A stretch of DNA of 63,495 nt, counting the filler, from Stramenopiles sp. TOSAG23-2 (Eukaryota), in NCBI GenBank assembly GCA_900128395.1. It is 53 parts of 53 records of this genome, joined end to end, with 100 filler letters (N's around TTAATTAATTAA, not from the genome) between each part and the next. Parts side by side here need not be neighbours in the genome. Positions count along the whole stretch, not along the records: positions 12,074 to 13,178 come from LT653710.1; positions 13,279 to 14,383 come from LT653711.1; positions 14,484 to 15,588 come from LT653712.1; positions 15,689 to 16,793 come from LT653713.1; positions 16,894 to 17,997 come from LT653714.1; positions 18,098 to 19,201 come from LT653715.1; positions 19,302 to 20,405 come from LT653716.1; positions 20,506 to 21,608 come from LT653717.1; 45 more parts are not named here. One strand, 5' to 3'. The number at the start of each line of letters is the position of its first letter. Within the stretch, counting starts at the first letter, position 1. This document shows positions 12,237 through 24,400 of this stretch, piece after piece. A program made the position numbers and the translations under genes. The notes under the pieces were generated by a model that did not search any database, was not told where the DNA came from, and saw only the letters and a program-made list of their open reading frames with translations.

Positions 12237-13278
12237 TTATTATTATTTACGCGGTACTAAAAAAAATTGTATATCATATATTTTATCAACTACACTGCTT
12301 TCAATTCAAAAATAGATTAGAAATATGCGACAATTATATATATATATCCAATGTACGTAAGATATATTATTTAATATGCACCAATCCAGGCAAAAAGATG
12401 AAGAAAATGTGTGTATACGTGGGGTGAATGATGTGTGCAAAAATCAATAAAAAAACAAAAAAATAATAAAAAAAAAAAATAAAAAAAAATAATAAAAAAA
12501 AAAGATGATGATGAAGAAGAAGAAGAAGAAGAAGAAGAAGAGCTGCAGCAAGAAATATTTATATTAATACAACAAATTAAAATACCACCAATCAGGCCAA
12601 CCACCACAGCGGGCCAGCTGGGCCAGCAACACACGCATACATCAGTAGCTTTAGACTATAGCTAGTTAGCTATTCACTATTCACCTACTAGTATGGGGAA
12701 ACTTGTACATTTAACACTATTCCATTGCATACCAGCATATATAGCAATCTAAATTCTAAATCCAGCAATAGTAGCTATAGTATACCAGTGGTATATACCA
12801 GGTATGCAACAAATTATAAAATGTTGTAGCAAAAATAGTATTTTAAGGTGCTATAACCTTTAGCAACCTTAAAATTGGGTAGGGTATTATTTATTTTTTA
12901 ATTTCACATATATATATATTGTATATATATATTTAATTGTTGGTTTTGGATGATGATTTTGATACACGGAACAATAAACAAAAATAATAAGAAGAATACC
13001 ATTTTATTTTTGTTGTTGTTGTTGTTGTTTTGCATTGTAATTATATAAACATTTTGATAATATTGAATAAGAAATAGAGAGAGAAAATATACGTGGAAAA
13101 TAATAATAAATCATAATAATAAATTTAAAATGGCTACTTCAATATTAAATGTTAATACAAGAAAAACAGTCGAAGAGTNNNNNNNNNNNNNNNNNNNNNN
13201 NNNNNNNNNNNNNNNNNNNNNNTTAATTAATTAANNNNNNNNNNNNNNNNNNNNNNNNNNNNNNNNNNNNNNNNNNNN

Positions 13279-14383
13279 AAAGCTGGTGCCGTATCTTTTA
13301 AAACGTTGAAAAATTGGATAAATGCCGCAGGTGGTACTCCCACGTTAGTTATTTTTTTAAGTTTTTCGTTTATGTTTCAATTAACGCGTTTAGCAACGGA
13401 TTGGTTTTTAGCACAATGGACGGAGGATAAATTTGCCGATCGATTTGTACAAAGTGAATATGCTGGTGTGTATTGCATATTAGTACTTTGCATTAGTGGA
13501 ATTTATATGTGTGGTTCTAGTTTTTATCATTTACATGCATTAAAAGCAAGCAGAAATTTACACGATCGAATTTTCAGACAAGTATTAAAAGGTGCAATGT
13601 CTTTCTTTGATACTACGCCAATGGGACAAATTCTATCGAAATTTTCAGCTGATTTAGATATTGTGGATACATTATTACCACAAACATCCGAACAATGCTT
13701 TAATTTATTGTCCATGTGCGTTACTAGCACTATTTTGATTTGTATTGTTACTATTTGGTTTTTAATACCAATGATACCTTTGGTAGCAACGTATATCTAT
13801 TTAGCATTGCATTTTCGTCATGCGATAAGACAAATGAAACGAATGGATAACATGTCCAAAGCACCACTTTTTGGACATATTGGCTCGACAGCTAGAGGAC
13901 TGGCTACTATACGTGCTTTTCGTTATACTGAACGATTCCTAGAAAAAGAACGTGCATTAGGAGATAATGCAACTAAATGCAATTGGGCATTTTTAATGTC
14001 AAATCGTTGGATTGGTTATCGATTGGATATTATTACAACAATGATTGTAACAATTACAGCATTGCTTTGTGTATTTATGAGACAAACTATCAGTCCTGCA
14101 CTTGCTGCTTTATGTATTGTTTATGCTCTTCAAATGGGGGGTGTCTTTCAATATGGAACACGGTTGATCGCGGAAACGGAAGCATTGATGACAAGTGGCG
14201 AACGCCTTACGCAATTTGAAACTTCTGTAAAAGAGGAGAAAAATTTAAATACAAACGATAAATGCACTGTTGGTAAAGAATGGCCTGTAAATTCATGCGT
14301 TGAATTTAAAAATTTAAAATGTAGGTATAGACCGAATTTACCGTATGTATTAAATGGTATTAGTTTTAAATTAGATTCAAAAA
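13279..14383 (+). CDS. ABCC/MRP-type ABC transporter, TMD2 and start of NBD2
   Basis: MSFFDTTPMGQILSKFSADLD, GLATIRAF, RWIGYRLD, WP....VEFKNL..RYRPNLPYVL.GISF. Confidence 0.95.
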
Positions 14384-14567
14384 NNNNNNNNNNNNNNNNN
14401 NNNNNNNNNNNNNNNNNNNNNNNNNNNTTAATTAATTAANNNNNNNNNNNNNNNNNNNNNNNNNNNNNNNNNNNNNNNNNNNNATATGGGTCATATTACT
14501 CGTATTTTTTATGGGACGGTCAAGATAAAGATATCAATACGGACATGTATGATACGAAGTATCTTTG

Positions 14568-15588
14568 TCAATGATTTAAATGCTTATATTTCTCTAATTT
14601 TTTATCCAAGTCAATAATCTCTTGCTCTAATTTTATTATTTTTGTTGTCGCTGGTGTGCTAACATTCTTCTTGTTATTATTTAATGTTGGCTTTCCTTTC
14701 ATTTTATTATGTACTACTGGAGGGCTGCTTCTATCGATTGGTGACAAATGCTCAATCTTCAATTCTCTAGGAAATTCGAGTTCATCGTCCATTTGTAAAT
14801 TAACATTATCCATATTTGTTATCATACTATTATCATGAGTCTTGTTATGCCAAAAAATTGGTGTATTCTTAGGGTTGATAATGGCCGTGCTTGACAACCT
14901 AGACATTCGCATTGCTAGAGGATGACCCCGTTGACGCGGCGGTGTCATAGGCTCTACAACATTGTGAGATACAACACGATCATGAAATGTATTGAATTTA
15001 GAATATTGTACTGGTGCTGTATATTCCGCAGGATGAGAATATATGATACAACCGTCTTTCAACGTACTGGAAATGTAGCTATGGCGTGAGGCAAGGACGG
15101 CATTGCCATAATGTTTCGGTAGCACACTTTTTAAAATCCGTTTATTGCTGGATTCTACAATATCATTATGTCCTAACGTTGGATTTTTAATAATACTCGA
15201 CTTGCTATTTGCCATTTGATGCGTTAAAAACTTATCGCCCGTTGCTACTTCTTTCGCTTCTAGATCTATTTTCTTTAATTCTCCTTCATCCTCTTCGATA
15301 GTACTACTGTGTGTGTATGAGCGTAATATGGAATCCAAAGTACAATGCATATGTGGTATCTTATTAGCTTGCTGTGCCTTTAATTTTAACCCAGAGCGTT
15401 TGTAAGCAAGCCTCTCTTGCAACTCAAATTTTTTCAACTCGCCGGGCCGTAAGCGTTGTATGTAATCTGGATCTCCATGATTTGACCAACGATTGATAGC
15501 AGCTGATGTAATTGGTCGTGTTTTTATCAAATTTGCGTCTTGATGGCGTCTCTTCATTTCATATTCATTATTTCGCCTCAATTTCCTA
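14568..15588 (-). CDS. Hypothetical protein, C-terminal part
   Basis: 337-aa open frame in AT-rich DNA; no domain recognised. Confidence 0.65.
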
Positions 15589-15812
15589 NNNNNNNNNNNN
15601 NNNNNNNNNNNNNNNNNNNNNNNNNNNNNNNNTTAATTAATTAANNNNNNNNNNNNNNNNNNNNNNNNNNNNNNNNNNNNNNNNNNNNTACGTGACATGG
15701 TGGTATTAATAATATTATAAGAATACCAATTCTTATACTTAAAAAAAAGAAACTTTCGATTGTATAATATATATTCTAGATGTAAACTGGTAAACATTGG
15801 CCAAATAATTTT

Positions 15813-16019
15813 TTAATCATAATCACCCTTTGCAAAAATATTTCTAAACCCACAATCACCTTTCGTTCCTGCATTTCCTTGACCATCGCTTGAAGTCATT
15901 TGATCAAAACAATTGCATATTCCAGTTTCATAATTGCAAAGACCATGATCCGCGCAGAGCACATCCTCCGTTGAACCTTTTGTTTTCTCAAAGATTGTTA
16001 TTGCAGCATTTGTACCATC
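15813..16019 (-). CDS. C-terminus of a stramenopile mastigoneme-type EGF-like protein
   Basis: Manual translation: DGTNAAITIFEKTKGSTEDVLCADHGLCNYETGICNCFDQMTSSDGQGNAGTKGDCGFRNIFAKGDYD*. Confidence 0.75.
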   Translation of the reverse strand, partial: DGTNAAITIFEKTKGSTEDVLCADHGLCNYETGICNCFDQMTSSDGQGNAGTKGDCGFRNIFAKGDYD

Positions 16020-16729
16020 CTAAATCATTTTTAATGACCAAAATAATTTCAGATTTAAATGAGCAAGGAATATTGTCATATGTAGTAAACCATTCATTAA
16101 CAAGTCGTGATGATGCATTATGCTTAGCACTAGTAAATTTTTTGAACAATTTAATTCAAAATGAAGCGGCACTGTTCATATTAGTAAAACAAGGTATTAT
16201 CCAACATATATTGGATTTGTTAATGTGGCAGCCAAAACGTAATCCATCATACAAAAAAGATCATAACCCGCAGCCTTTTAGAACGTTAAACTTATTATCA
16301 TCTAGTGTTTCCATATTAGTATATGTAACTGCAAATCAAGAATTTCGTAATTCATTTTTTCGCTCACAAAAAAATAAAAGAAACGCAGAGTTTGTATTGG
16401 ATATTTTATTTAGTTTAATACACAAATCAAACATATCTTTTGTGACTGGTACAAAATCATCAGATAAAAGTGCCGTTGCATCATTGACTGTATATGTATT
16501 AAGTGTGCTAAATAATCTTTCTAAGGATTATAATAAAAATAAGAAATTCATCGGTGCGCGTGCAATACCTATAATAGTTGATGTATTACAAACGTCTGTC
16601 TCAAGAGCAGTGTTGGCAATTGCTTTAAAACTAGTCTTGTCATTAAGTTTAGACCCGAGTAATTGCCTTTATTTTAGAGGAGAACAACGTTTAAACAAGT
16701 GGAACAAAGATCAATGGAAAGGAAGATAA
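16020..16729 (+). CDS. Armadillo/HEAT-like helical repeat protein fragment
   Basis: LNNL...N...I.A.AIP.IVDVL...AL..V.SLS pattern. The first ~43 codons of the listed ORF are antisense of the EGF fragment. Confidence 0.65.
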
Positions 16730-17131
16730 TGAAATAAGTAAAAAAGTATATGATAAGGATGAGGCACGTAAGATTGCAATAATACGAAAGCAANNNNNNN
16801 NNNNNNNNNNNNNNNNNNNNNNNNNNNNNNNNNNNNNTTAATTAATTAANNNNNNNNNNNNNNNNNNNNNNNNNNNNNNNNNNNNNNNNNNNNACACACA
16901 TAGAAGATATGTTTCAAGATCATATTTATTAGACATTAATAGATATAGGTCTGCATAGTTAGTTAAAATTTTTTACATTATTTTATTAGACAGTAATATA
17001 TAATTTAAAGAGTTAAGAGTTGTGTTAGACATTAACACATATATAGATTATATTAGGACAGTAATATATTTCTAAGATTTTAAGAGGTATATCAGACATT
17101 GATATACGCAATAAGACATATTGATAGTAAT

Positions 17132-17704
17132 ATGAGTTCGTCCATAACATCGACGACATCGACGCCTTCGACAACAAATGTGGCTACACCGATTGCATTT
17201 GACAATTTTGATTTGTTAAGAGACGATGTTGCGCGTTTATCCTTTTTTGACAAAAAGAAGTTAGCGAGACGGTTGGGAGTGAATGTAGCGAATACGTCTA
17301 CGTGGGCAGAAATTGGTCCGATTACGTTGCGTCGGTTGAAAAGATGGCGGAACTTGGCAACGCCGCCACGAGATGCGAAACAGAAGCAATTGGAGGAATT
17401 AGCACAGAGAAAGCGCAAACGGGATGCTGAAGCGACACTGGACCGTAATTTACTGAAGGAACTCATCGGCGATAGCAAATTGTACGATACACATAGTGGC
17501 AGAATAGGTGGTGCCACTATGTTGTGGGAGAAGGGTATATCGATGGAGCAGATAAAAGCATATGGTAGGTGGCAATCGGACTGCTGGTTATGGTATTGCA
17601 GAAGATTGAGCACGGATTATGTGAAACTTAGCAGAGCAATAGGTAGTTCAACAACAGTTAGTAGTGAACTAGTATCTCAGCTGATAAGGGTGTCACAAGA
17701 GTGA
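17132..17704 (+). mobile_element. Tyrosine-recombinase C-terminus (DIRS/Ngaro/Crypton-type) fused to an unrelated N-terminus
   Basis: YDTHSGRIGGAT.L...G.....IK..GRW.SD....Y carries the HxxR, W and Y catalytic residues; the box I Arg region is not visible. Confidence 0.85.
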
Positions 17705-18097
17705 GAGTAGGAGTGAGAGTAGGAGTAGCACAGGAGCTGCAACACACGGCGTTGTATGGTGTATGAATGATAGTTATGGGTTGGAAGGCAGCATATTCAG
17801 CTCCATGAGCTGGGCCATAAATCATCATTCATATGCCAACAAACACAACGTTGTATTAGAGAGTAAATTAAATTAAATTAAGGAAGTAAGCTTGAGTAGT
17901 CAGTAAGGTATATTTAGTTTACCTATCGCCGATTGTAAATAATTCTATATTATTTGCATCATGCAATCGAGGCCAAATAATTAATTTATTTACTGTANNN
18001 NNNNNNNNNNNNNNNNNNNNNNNNNNNNNNNNNNNNNNNNNTTAATTAATTAANNNNNNNNNNNNNNNNNNNNNNNNNNNNNNNNNNNNNNNNNNNN

Positions 18098-18619
18098 TCC
18101 TTACGTTGTAGGCAAACGTTCCGTGGACATGTTGATAGTATTAATCATGTATGTTTTCAACCATATACCAATAATATTTGTACCGGTAGTGGTGATAAAA
18201 CAGTTTCCATATGGGATATACGAAGTGGCCTATGTGTACAAACGTTTTATGGGCATATGAATGCAGTAAATAATGTGAATTTCAATTTGGCTGGTAGTAA
18301 TATTGCTAGTTGCGATGCGGATGGTGTCGTGAAAATATGGGATGTACGTATGGTAGCTGAACGTATGACATTAACTGGTGGACAACATCCATTAAATAAA
18401 ATAGTATTTGATCGTAGTGGTAAAGTATTAGTAGGTGCATGTGATGATGGTACGATTAAAGTCTTTCGTACGGATGCAGACGATGGCCAAGGTGGCCATG
18501 TTGCTGATTTACGTGGTCATGAAGATGCTGTTCAAGCCGTATGTTTTGATCCAAAAAGTAAATTCATGGTTAGTGGTGGTTCGGATTGTACATTCAGAGT
18601 CTGGGCGATGAGTGGATAA
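18098..18619 (+). CDS. SPAG16: PF20/SPAG16 flagellar central-apparatus WD40 protein, C-terminus
   Basis: RCRQTFRGHVDSIN...GDKTVSIWDIRSGLCVQTFYGHMNAVN...IASCDADGVVKIWDVR. Confidence 0.85.
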   Translation, partial: SLRCRQTFRGHVDSINHVCFQPYTNNICTGSGDKTVSIWDIRSGLCVQTFYGHMNAVNNVNFNLAGSNIASCDADGVVKIWDVRMVAERMTLTGGQHPLNKIVFDRSGKVLVGACDDGTIKVFRTDADDGQGGHVADLRGHEDAVQAVCFDPKSKFMVSGGSDCTFRVWAMSG

Positions 18620-19301
18620 TTATTAAAAACAATTTGGTAGAACGGAGAGTTGTATGTTTTTTGCAGTCGCCAGTCGCGTGAAAATGCTGTTTTCACCACA
18701 ATGTATGGTTTTAGAAGAGGTGTAGTGAGAGTATTTTGTATAAAATGCGAACACCAGGACCAGAGTAGAAACAGAAAACTATTTTAGTAATGATATCTTA
18801 AGTTTAAACTCTATCAATATTTACTCGTGTATGTATTTGACATGGTTAAAAAATCTAAGTACATTTATACGAATATTATATTTTATATGTAAATACACTT
18901 GTAATCTCCCTGGCCTTAATTTGGTAACACTGCTCAGCGCTCGTAACAAGTCTCAGTAAAGAATCGAGGAAAGACGAGAGAGAGTATACAGTGTAACTAC
19001 TTCATTTTTCTCTTCAAAGACGTACTTGAATGCCGTCGTTGCTGTGGTTTCTTTTTCTTTTTCTTTGCCATTAATATTTTCTTTGTTGTTGTTGTTGTCA
19101 CACCATCACCGTTATTAACATTTGTTGATGTAGGTACTATCACTTCTTGATGAAGAATGCTAATGCTACTACGTTTTTTCTTCTTATCCGCAGCTCGTTT
19201 TNNNNNNNNNNNNNNNNNNNNNNNNNNNNNNNNNNNNNNNNNNNNTTAATTAATTAANNNNNNNNNNNNNNNNNNNNNNNNNNNNNNNNNNNNNNNNNNN
19301 N

Positions 19302-19570
19302 AAATAGTTAAATATTTGATTGAACAAGGTGAAGCTGATCCTAATATTGCAAATAGGCATGGAGAGAATGCATTACATTTAGCAGCACTTAATAACAAAA
19401 AGAATACGGAGTTGATTGAGTTCTTATTAACTCATATGTCTCTTAATAGCATTAATAAGGAGCACGAGTACGGGATCACTCCCGTGGACTATGCATATAA
19501 TAATTATAAAAGTCCAATTAAACAAAAGATCATTGATCTTATACGTTCAAAAGGTGGAAAACGTGGTTAA
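19302..19570 (+). CDS. Ankyrin-repeat protein C-terminus, paralogue of 37318-38006
   Basis: YLIEQGEADPNIA..G.NALH.AA is shared with the other copy. Confidence 0.85.
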
Positions 19571-20044
19571 AGAGTGAATTATAAAAAAATAAAACATATA
19601 AAAATTATTATAAATTAAAAAATAAAAAATAATAAAAAATTAAAATTAAACTGTAATAGTATGTACCTGCTATTTTTAAAACAGTTGATGATGAAAGAGG
19701 TGTAATAGAGAGGAAGAAACCAAAATATAGAAAGAAACTCTTTAGTAATTACAAAGAGACCATCTTCATTTAAAAGAAAATAAATTTATTATCATATACG
19801 CGATCGTGTACAACGAGGAAAAACAATTTCCAGCTTTTATTATTTTTTTTTACTATTATATTTTTTATAGTAATAATTTATAATTTATAATTTTGCAAAA
19901 TAATTTAACATTTATTATTACGGGGATTTTATTATAAAGCAATTATTATTATTCGAAAACATTATAATAATAATAATAATAAACAACATATACACCCTGT
20001 CCTTACCATTCTGAAATACACATTTACAGACATAAACACGCAAC

Positions 20045-20405
20045 ATGGCCGGATTACGTCGTATGTCCTTTCGTGATGATTTTCATGGTACATCCTTCGA
20101 TTCATTAAAAGAACAACGAAGAATTAGAGCAGAAGAAAGAGAAAGAAAACAAAAAGAAAAAATAGAAAAAGTAATTCAAGAAGCAGCTGCACGTAAAATA
20201 AAAGAAGAGGAAGAACGTTTGGAACGCGAGGAAGAATTAAAGAAACATAAATATGCAAAATATAAATATAGTAGTTTAAATCGAACAGAGAAGAATAATA
20301 ATAATAATAACAACGATGGCAAAGACGACGATGATGATGATGATGATAATGAAGAAGAAACGTTAATATATAAACATTTTATGTTACGTACACCAAAAAA
20401 TAAAG
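20045..20405 (+). CDS. Coiled-coil/charged protein N-terminus
   Basis: ATG-initiated open frame to the contig end. Confidence 0.55.
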
Positions 20406-22018
20406 NNNNNNNNNNNNNNNNNNNNNNNNNNNNNNNNNNNNNNNNNNNNTTAATTAATTAANNNNNNNNNNNNNNNNNNNNNNNNNNNNNNNNNNNNNNN
20501 NNNNNGCTGGGAGAGATCGTATAAGTAAAGGTGGATATAATATGGGTGTGTCAAGAAGCTCAAACTCGCGTGAAGGTCAATATGTTGGCAATACAAATAC
20601 AAATACGGATGTTACATATAATGATTTGTCTGATTTCATCGTACGACGATAAAGCATGATGACCGTAATTTATTTTTTACTCTAGCATGCAACAAAATAT
20701 GTGTGTATATGTAATATTATACACAAATATGCAATATTTATAATTTTAATGGCATGGGTAGAAATGAAAATGTAGAGAGAAATGAAATATATAACCCCAA
20801 AAAAAAAAGAAGAAAAAATATTTTAAAACCAACCAAATAGGGAAGAGAGAGACATAGAGAGGAAAAAGAAGGAGATTAAATTTAATTATTTAATTATATA
20901 TAAAAAAAAGATCTAAAATAAATTTTAAAAGATGAATGTGTAGTACAAGAGTAAAATTTTAATTTTATTCTTTTTATATTATGTGGTGTATAATATATTT
21001 AACTCTTCTTACGACTCGTAGATTTTATAACCATCATTTTATCATGTAAAAAAAAATAATTACGTGTTCGTACCGAGTATATTTTTTAAACTTTTCATCT
21101 CATCAAATCATATTGTTCTCATTCTGTTACTACTACCATCTAAACTAGGCAAACCACGTCCACTACTACCAATTACCCTTCGTGGTGTTCGTACATTATT
21201 AGTTTTTCGCATAGGACTTGCTGGTGGAGGCCTAGGCTTACTAAATGCAGGTGGTTTATGTGGAGCACCAAATTTAGCTTCGCTTATATAACTATCTGCT
21301 AAATTACGTTTACGCTGTAATTTAATATGATGTGGATTCATTTCAGCATGATTGTGCAGTTTTATGAAATTCATTGGCAGCAGCAAGAGCACCAGCTTTT
21401 CCAGGTTCATACCATTTCGCCCCTTCATCGCATTTTTCGCAATAAGCGCACATTTTCTCGGTTTCCACATTCAACACATACAATATTACTATTATCATTT
21501 ACATTATTTTGTGCTCCGTTTTCAACATGATTGTTTCCTTCGTTTTCGCCTGCATTATTATTATCATTTACATGAACCTCTGCATTTTCAACATTATTGT
21601 TTTCGATANNNNNNNNNNNNNNNNNNNNNNNNNNNNNNNNNNNNNNNNNNNNTTAATTAATTAANNNNNNNNNNNNNNNNNNNNNNNNNNNNNNNNNNNN
21701 NNNNNNNNATATAAAAGAGATGGATCAAACGGGTATCAACAAGTGGAAGGGATGACGATATTCCTATTCCTACATAATAATTAATATATATCTATTTATA
21801 TACTACCAACTACAATATCCTATACTTTTACGATCAATATTTTTCAATCTGAAATCTTGTTTTTATAGTCATGCTGTGTAGGGCACTAGGTGGTGAATTA
21901 TACCTCAGAATATGCAGCATGGATATAGCAACGATAATGTAGAGCTATAGCATATAGCATATAGCATATATAGCACTAATTTGATTACCAGGTAATTAAG
22001 ACGAGATGCAAAATGATT

Positions 22019-22483
22019 GTAGAGCAGGGGGAGCAGGTGACTATGGTGACATTTAAAATGTCCAATTTCTTCCACGTCCGCCAAGTTCACCTTTGACGAA
22101 GTAAAATTTCATCCAATTCTCATTTTCCACCAAAAGTGACTAAAATTAGTACATCTCATTCACTTTATATATTAAGTGATATACAAATTACTACATGAAA
22201 TGGTGACATTTAAAATGTCCAATTTCTTCCACGTCCGCCAAGTTCACCTTTGACGAAGTAAAATTTCATCCAATTCTCATTTTCCACCAAAAGTGACTAA
22301 AATTAGTACATCTCATTCACTTTATATATTAAGTGATATACAAATTACTACATGAAATATAGTTATTCAGCATATTTTCGTATTTAGTCAAAATCGTGCC
22401 TAATTTAAGGTAAATATCACGTCGGAGGTGATCTCTCAGCGGAGGTGGAAATTGTTCATTTTATAAAATGCCACCTGCTCTAC
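22019..22483. mobile_element. MITE-like element with imperfect terminal inverted repeats and an internal 157-bp duplication
   Basis: Ends GTAGAGCAGG / CCTGCTCTAC; subterminal AAAATGTCCAATTTCTTCCACGTCCGC resembles the reverse complement of 22439-22464; 22043-22199 is repeated at 22200-22357. Confidence 0.65.
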
Positions 22484-22911
22484 TATGGCCATGCTATAAG
22501 GTGTGTTGTTATGGAGTTACATTTAGCATATAATACTACAGCATCACATACATTTACAGCTATTATTAGCAGCTATTTATAATTTATAAGTGCACAAGTA
22601 TATGCATCCGCGGGGTACACATTTTGATGTAAACAGTAGAGTACTCAGATATATGTCACACATGTGTCATGGATAGTGTGGTGGTGGTTGTTGGAAAATC
22701 TACACGACATTTAGTTTAAACTTCAATTTATCTCGTGTATTATCTTCTAGAAATATATACTTCTGCATCTCTCTCTCTATCTATATATCTATCTCTATCT
22801 CTCTCTCTGGGNNNNNNNNNNNNNNNNNNNNNNNNNNNNNNNNNNNNNNNNNNNNTTAATTAATTAANNNNNNNNNNNNNNNNNNNNNNNNNNNNNNNNN
22901 NNNNNNNNNNN

Positions 22912-22966
22912 GTGCATCACCTTCTGCATTTTGTAATTGACCATTAATTAAAATTTTAGTTGCCAT
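22912..22966 (-). CDS. Possible aldehyde dehydrogenase N-terminus
   Basis: MATKILINGQLQNAEGDA resembles the L.ING start typical of ALDHs; only 18 codons are visible. Confidence 0.45.
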
Positions 22967-23249
22967 GTTTGGATAAATATATAAAAATACAATAATGTAT
23001 ATAATATAGTGTTCTTTTAAAATTCTTTTGTATATGTAATTTGTTATTTTATTTGTTTCTTTTACTAGTTTGTTCTGTATATATTGTCGTCTGGTCTTTT
23101 CCATACAGTAGCGTCTAAGATGTTCATTCTTAGTTCTTCTAGAGGTGATCAAATCAAGAATGTCACGCGCAATTAACAATTGGTTTTACATGCTATTACA
23201 TGCTAATGTAAATGCACACTGCCAGGACTGCCACAGCTTCGGTCTAACG

Positions 23250-23757
23250 CAAAATAATTAAAAATATCTTGATCTTTTCTTAAAAAAGCACAAAAGTGCA
23301 TGATGGTTATATACATTAGGGTTTTTTTTGATAGAACATAGTTAAATAACCCTGTAAAGAATGAAATGAGGATGATGTTTGACCTAATGTTGAACACTAT
23401 TTGTGGCGTTCAATAGGGATCTGGCGCAAATAAAAAATATCTTTTCTTAAAAAAGCACAAAAGTGCATGATGGTTATATATATTAGGGTTTTTTTGATAG
23501 AACATAGTTAAATAACCCTGTAAAGAATGAAATGAGGATGATGTTTGACCTAATGTTGAACACTATTTGTGGCGTTCAATAGGGATCTGGCGCAAATAAA
23601 AAATATCTTTTCTTAAAAAAGCACAAAAGTGCATGATGGTTATATATATTAGGGTTTTTTTGATAGAACATAGTTAAATAACCCTGTAAAGAATGAAATG
23701 AGGATGATGTTTGACCTAATGTTGAACACTATTGTTGGCGTTCGATAGGGATCTGGA
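23250..23757. repeat. Tandem repeat, about 166 bp x 3
   Basis: GCACAAAAGTGCATGATGG starts at 23288, 23455 and 23621. Confidence 0.95.
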
Positions 23758-23969
23758 CCCCAAACCTCGAAATTATTCTTTTGTAAATCCATTTTGTAAT
23801 TAAGATTCACTAGCTTATGTACTGGTGTATAGAAAAGAGAGTAACCAGAGAACAAAAACTAATTAATACCTATACAAAAAATTACATTTATATATATATA
23901 TAGATATATTATATTCAAAGCAACGTACATTTTATAAAACAAGAAACACAAAATAAAGAGTAATAAAAA

Positions 23970-24013
23970 ATGGCAGCAAACAGATTATTAATTGGCGGAA
24001 AATTAATACTTGC
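23970..24013 (+). CDS. Possible aldehyde dehydrogenase N-terminus, divergent second copy
   Basis: MAANRLLIGGKLIL; only 14 codons are visible. Confidence 0.35.
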
Positions 24014-24113
24014 NNNNNNNNNNNNNNNNNNNNNNNNNNNNNNNNNNNNNNNNNNNNTTAATTAATTAANNNNNNNNNNNNNNNNNNNNNNNNNNNNNNN
24101 NNNNNNNNNNNNN

Positions 24114-24400
24114 ATGAATATTATCGTTTAATGCTAGAGGAGAAATGGACACCAAAAAAGACACATAATGGCCGTAAATGGAAAGGACCACCACAATTTG
24201 AAAACCCTGAAGGTGATTTAATGATGCTTTCCACTGATTTAGCATTGGTGAAAGATGAAAAATTTCGACCACATGTTGAAAAATATGCAAAAGATGAAGA
24301 TTTATTTTTTAATGATTTTGCAAAATATTACCAAGAATTAAATGAGCTTGGATGTACCAATTTGAAAAGTGAGAAAGAATGGTACCAAATTTGGAAATAA
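24114..24400 (+). CDS. Class I heme peroxidase (cytochrome c peroxidase-like) C-terminus; mirror copy at 24929-25215 (-)
   Basis: [11 protein letters not shown]...WKGPPQF...[30 protein letters not shown]......ELG. Confidence 0.9.

Noticed and set aside
21108..21607. Zinc-finger gene (CVEC...YCEKC)
   Set aside because: The motif halves are in different frames with several breaks; too fragmentary to call.
23250..23757. CRISPR array or snoRNA cluster
   Set aside because: No unique spacers; no canonical C box (RTGATGA) and D box (CTGA) pair with a terminal stem was seen.
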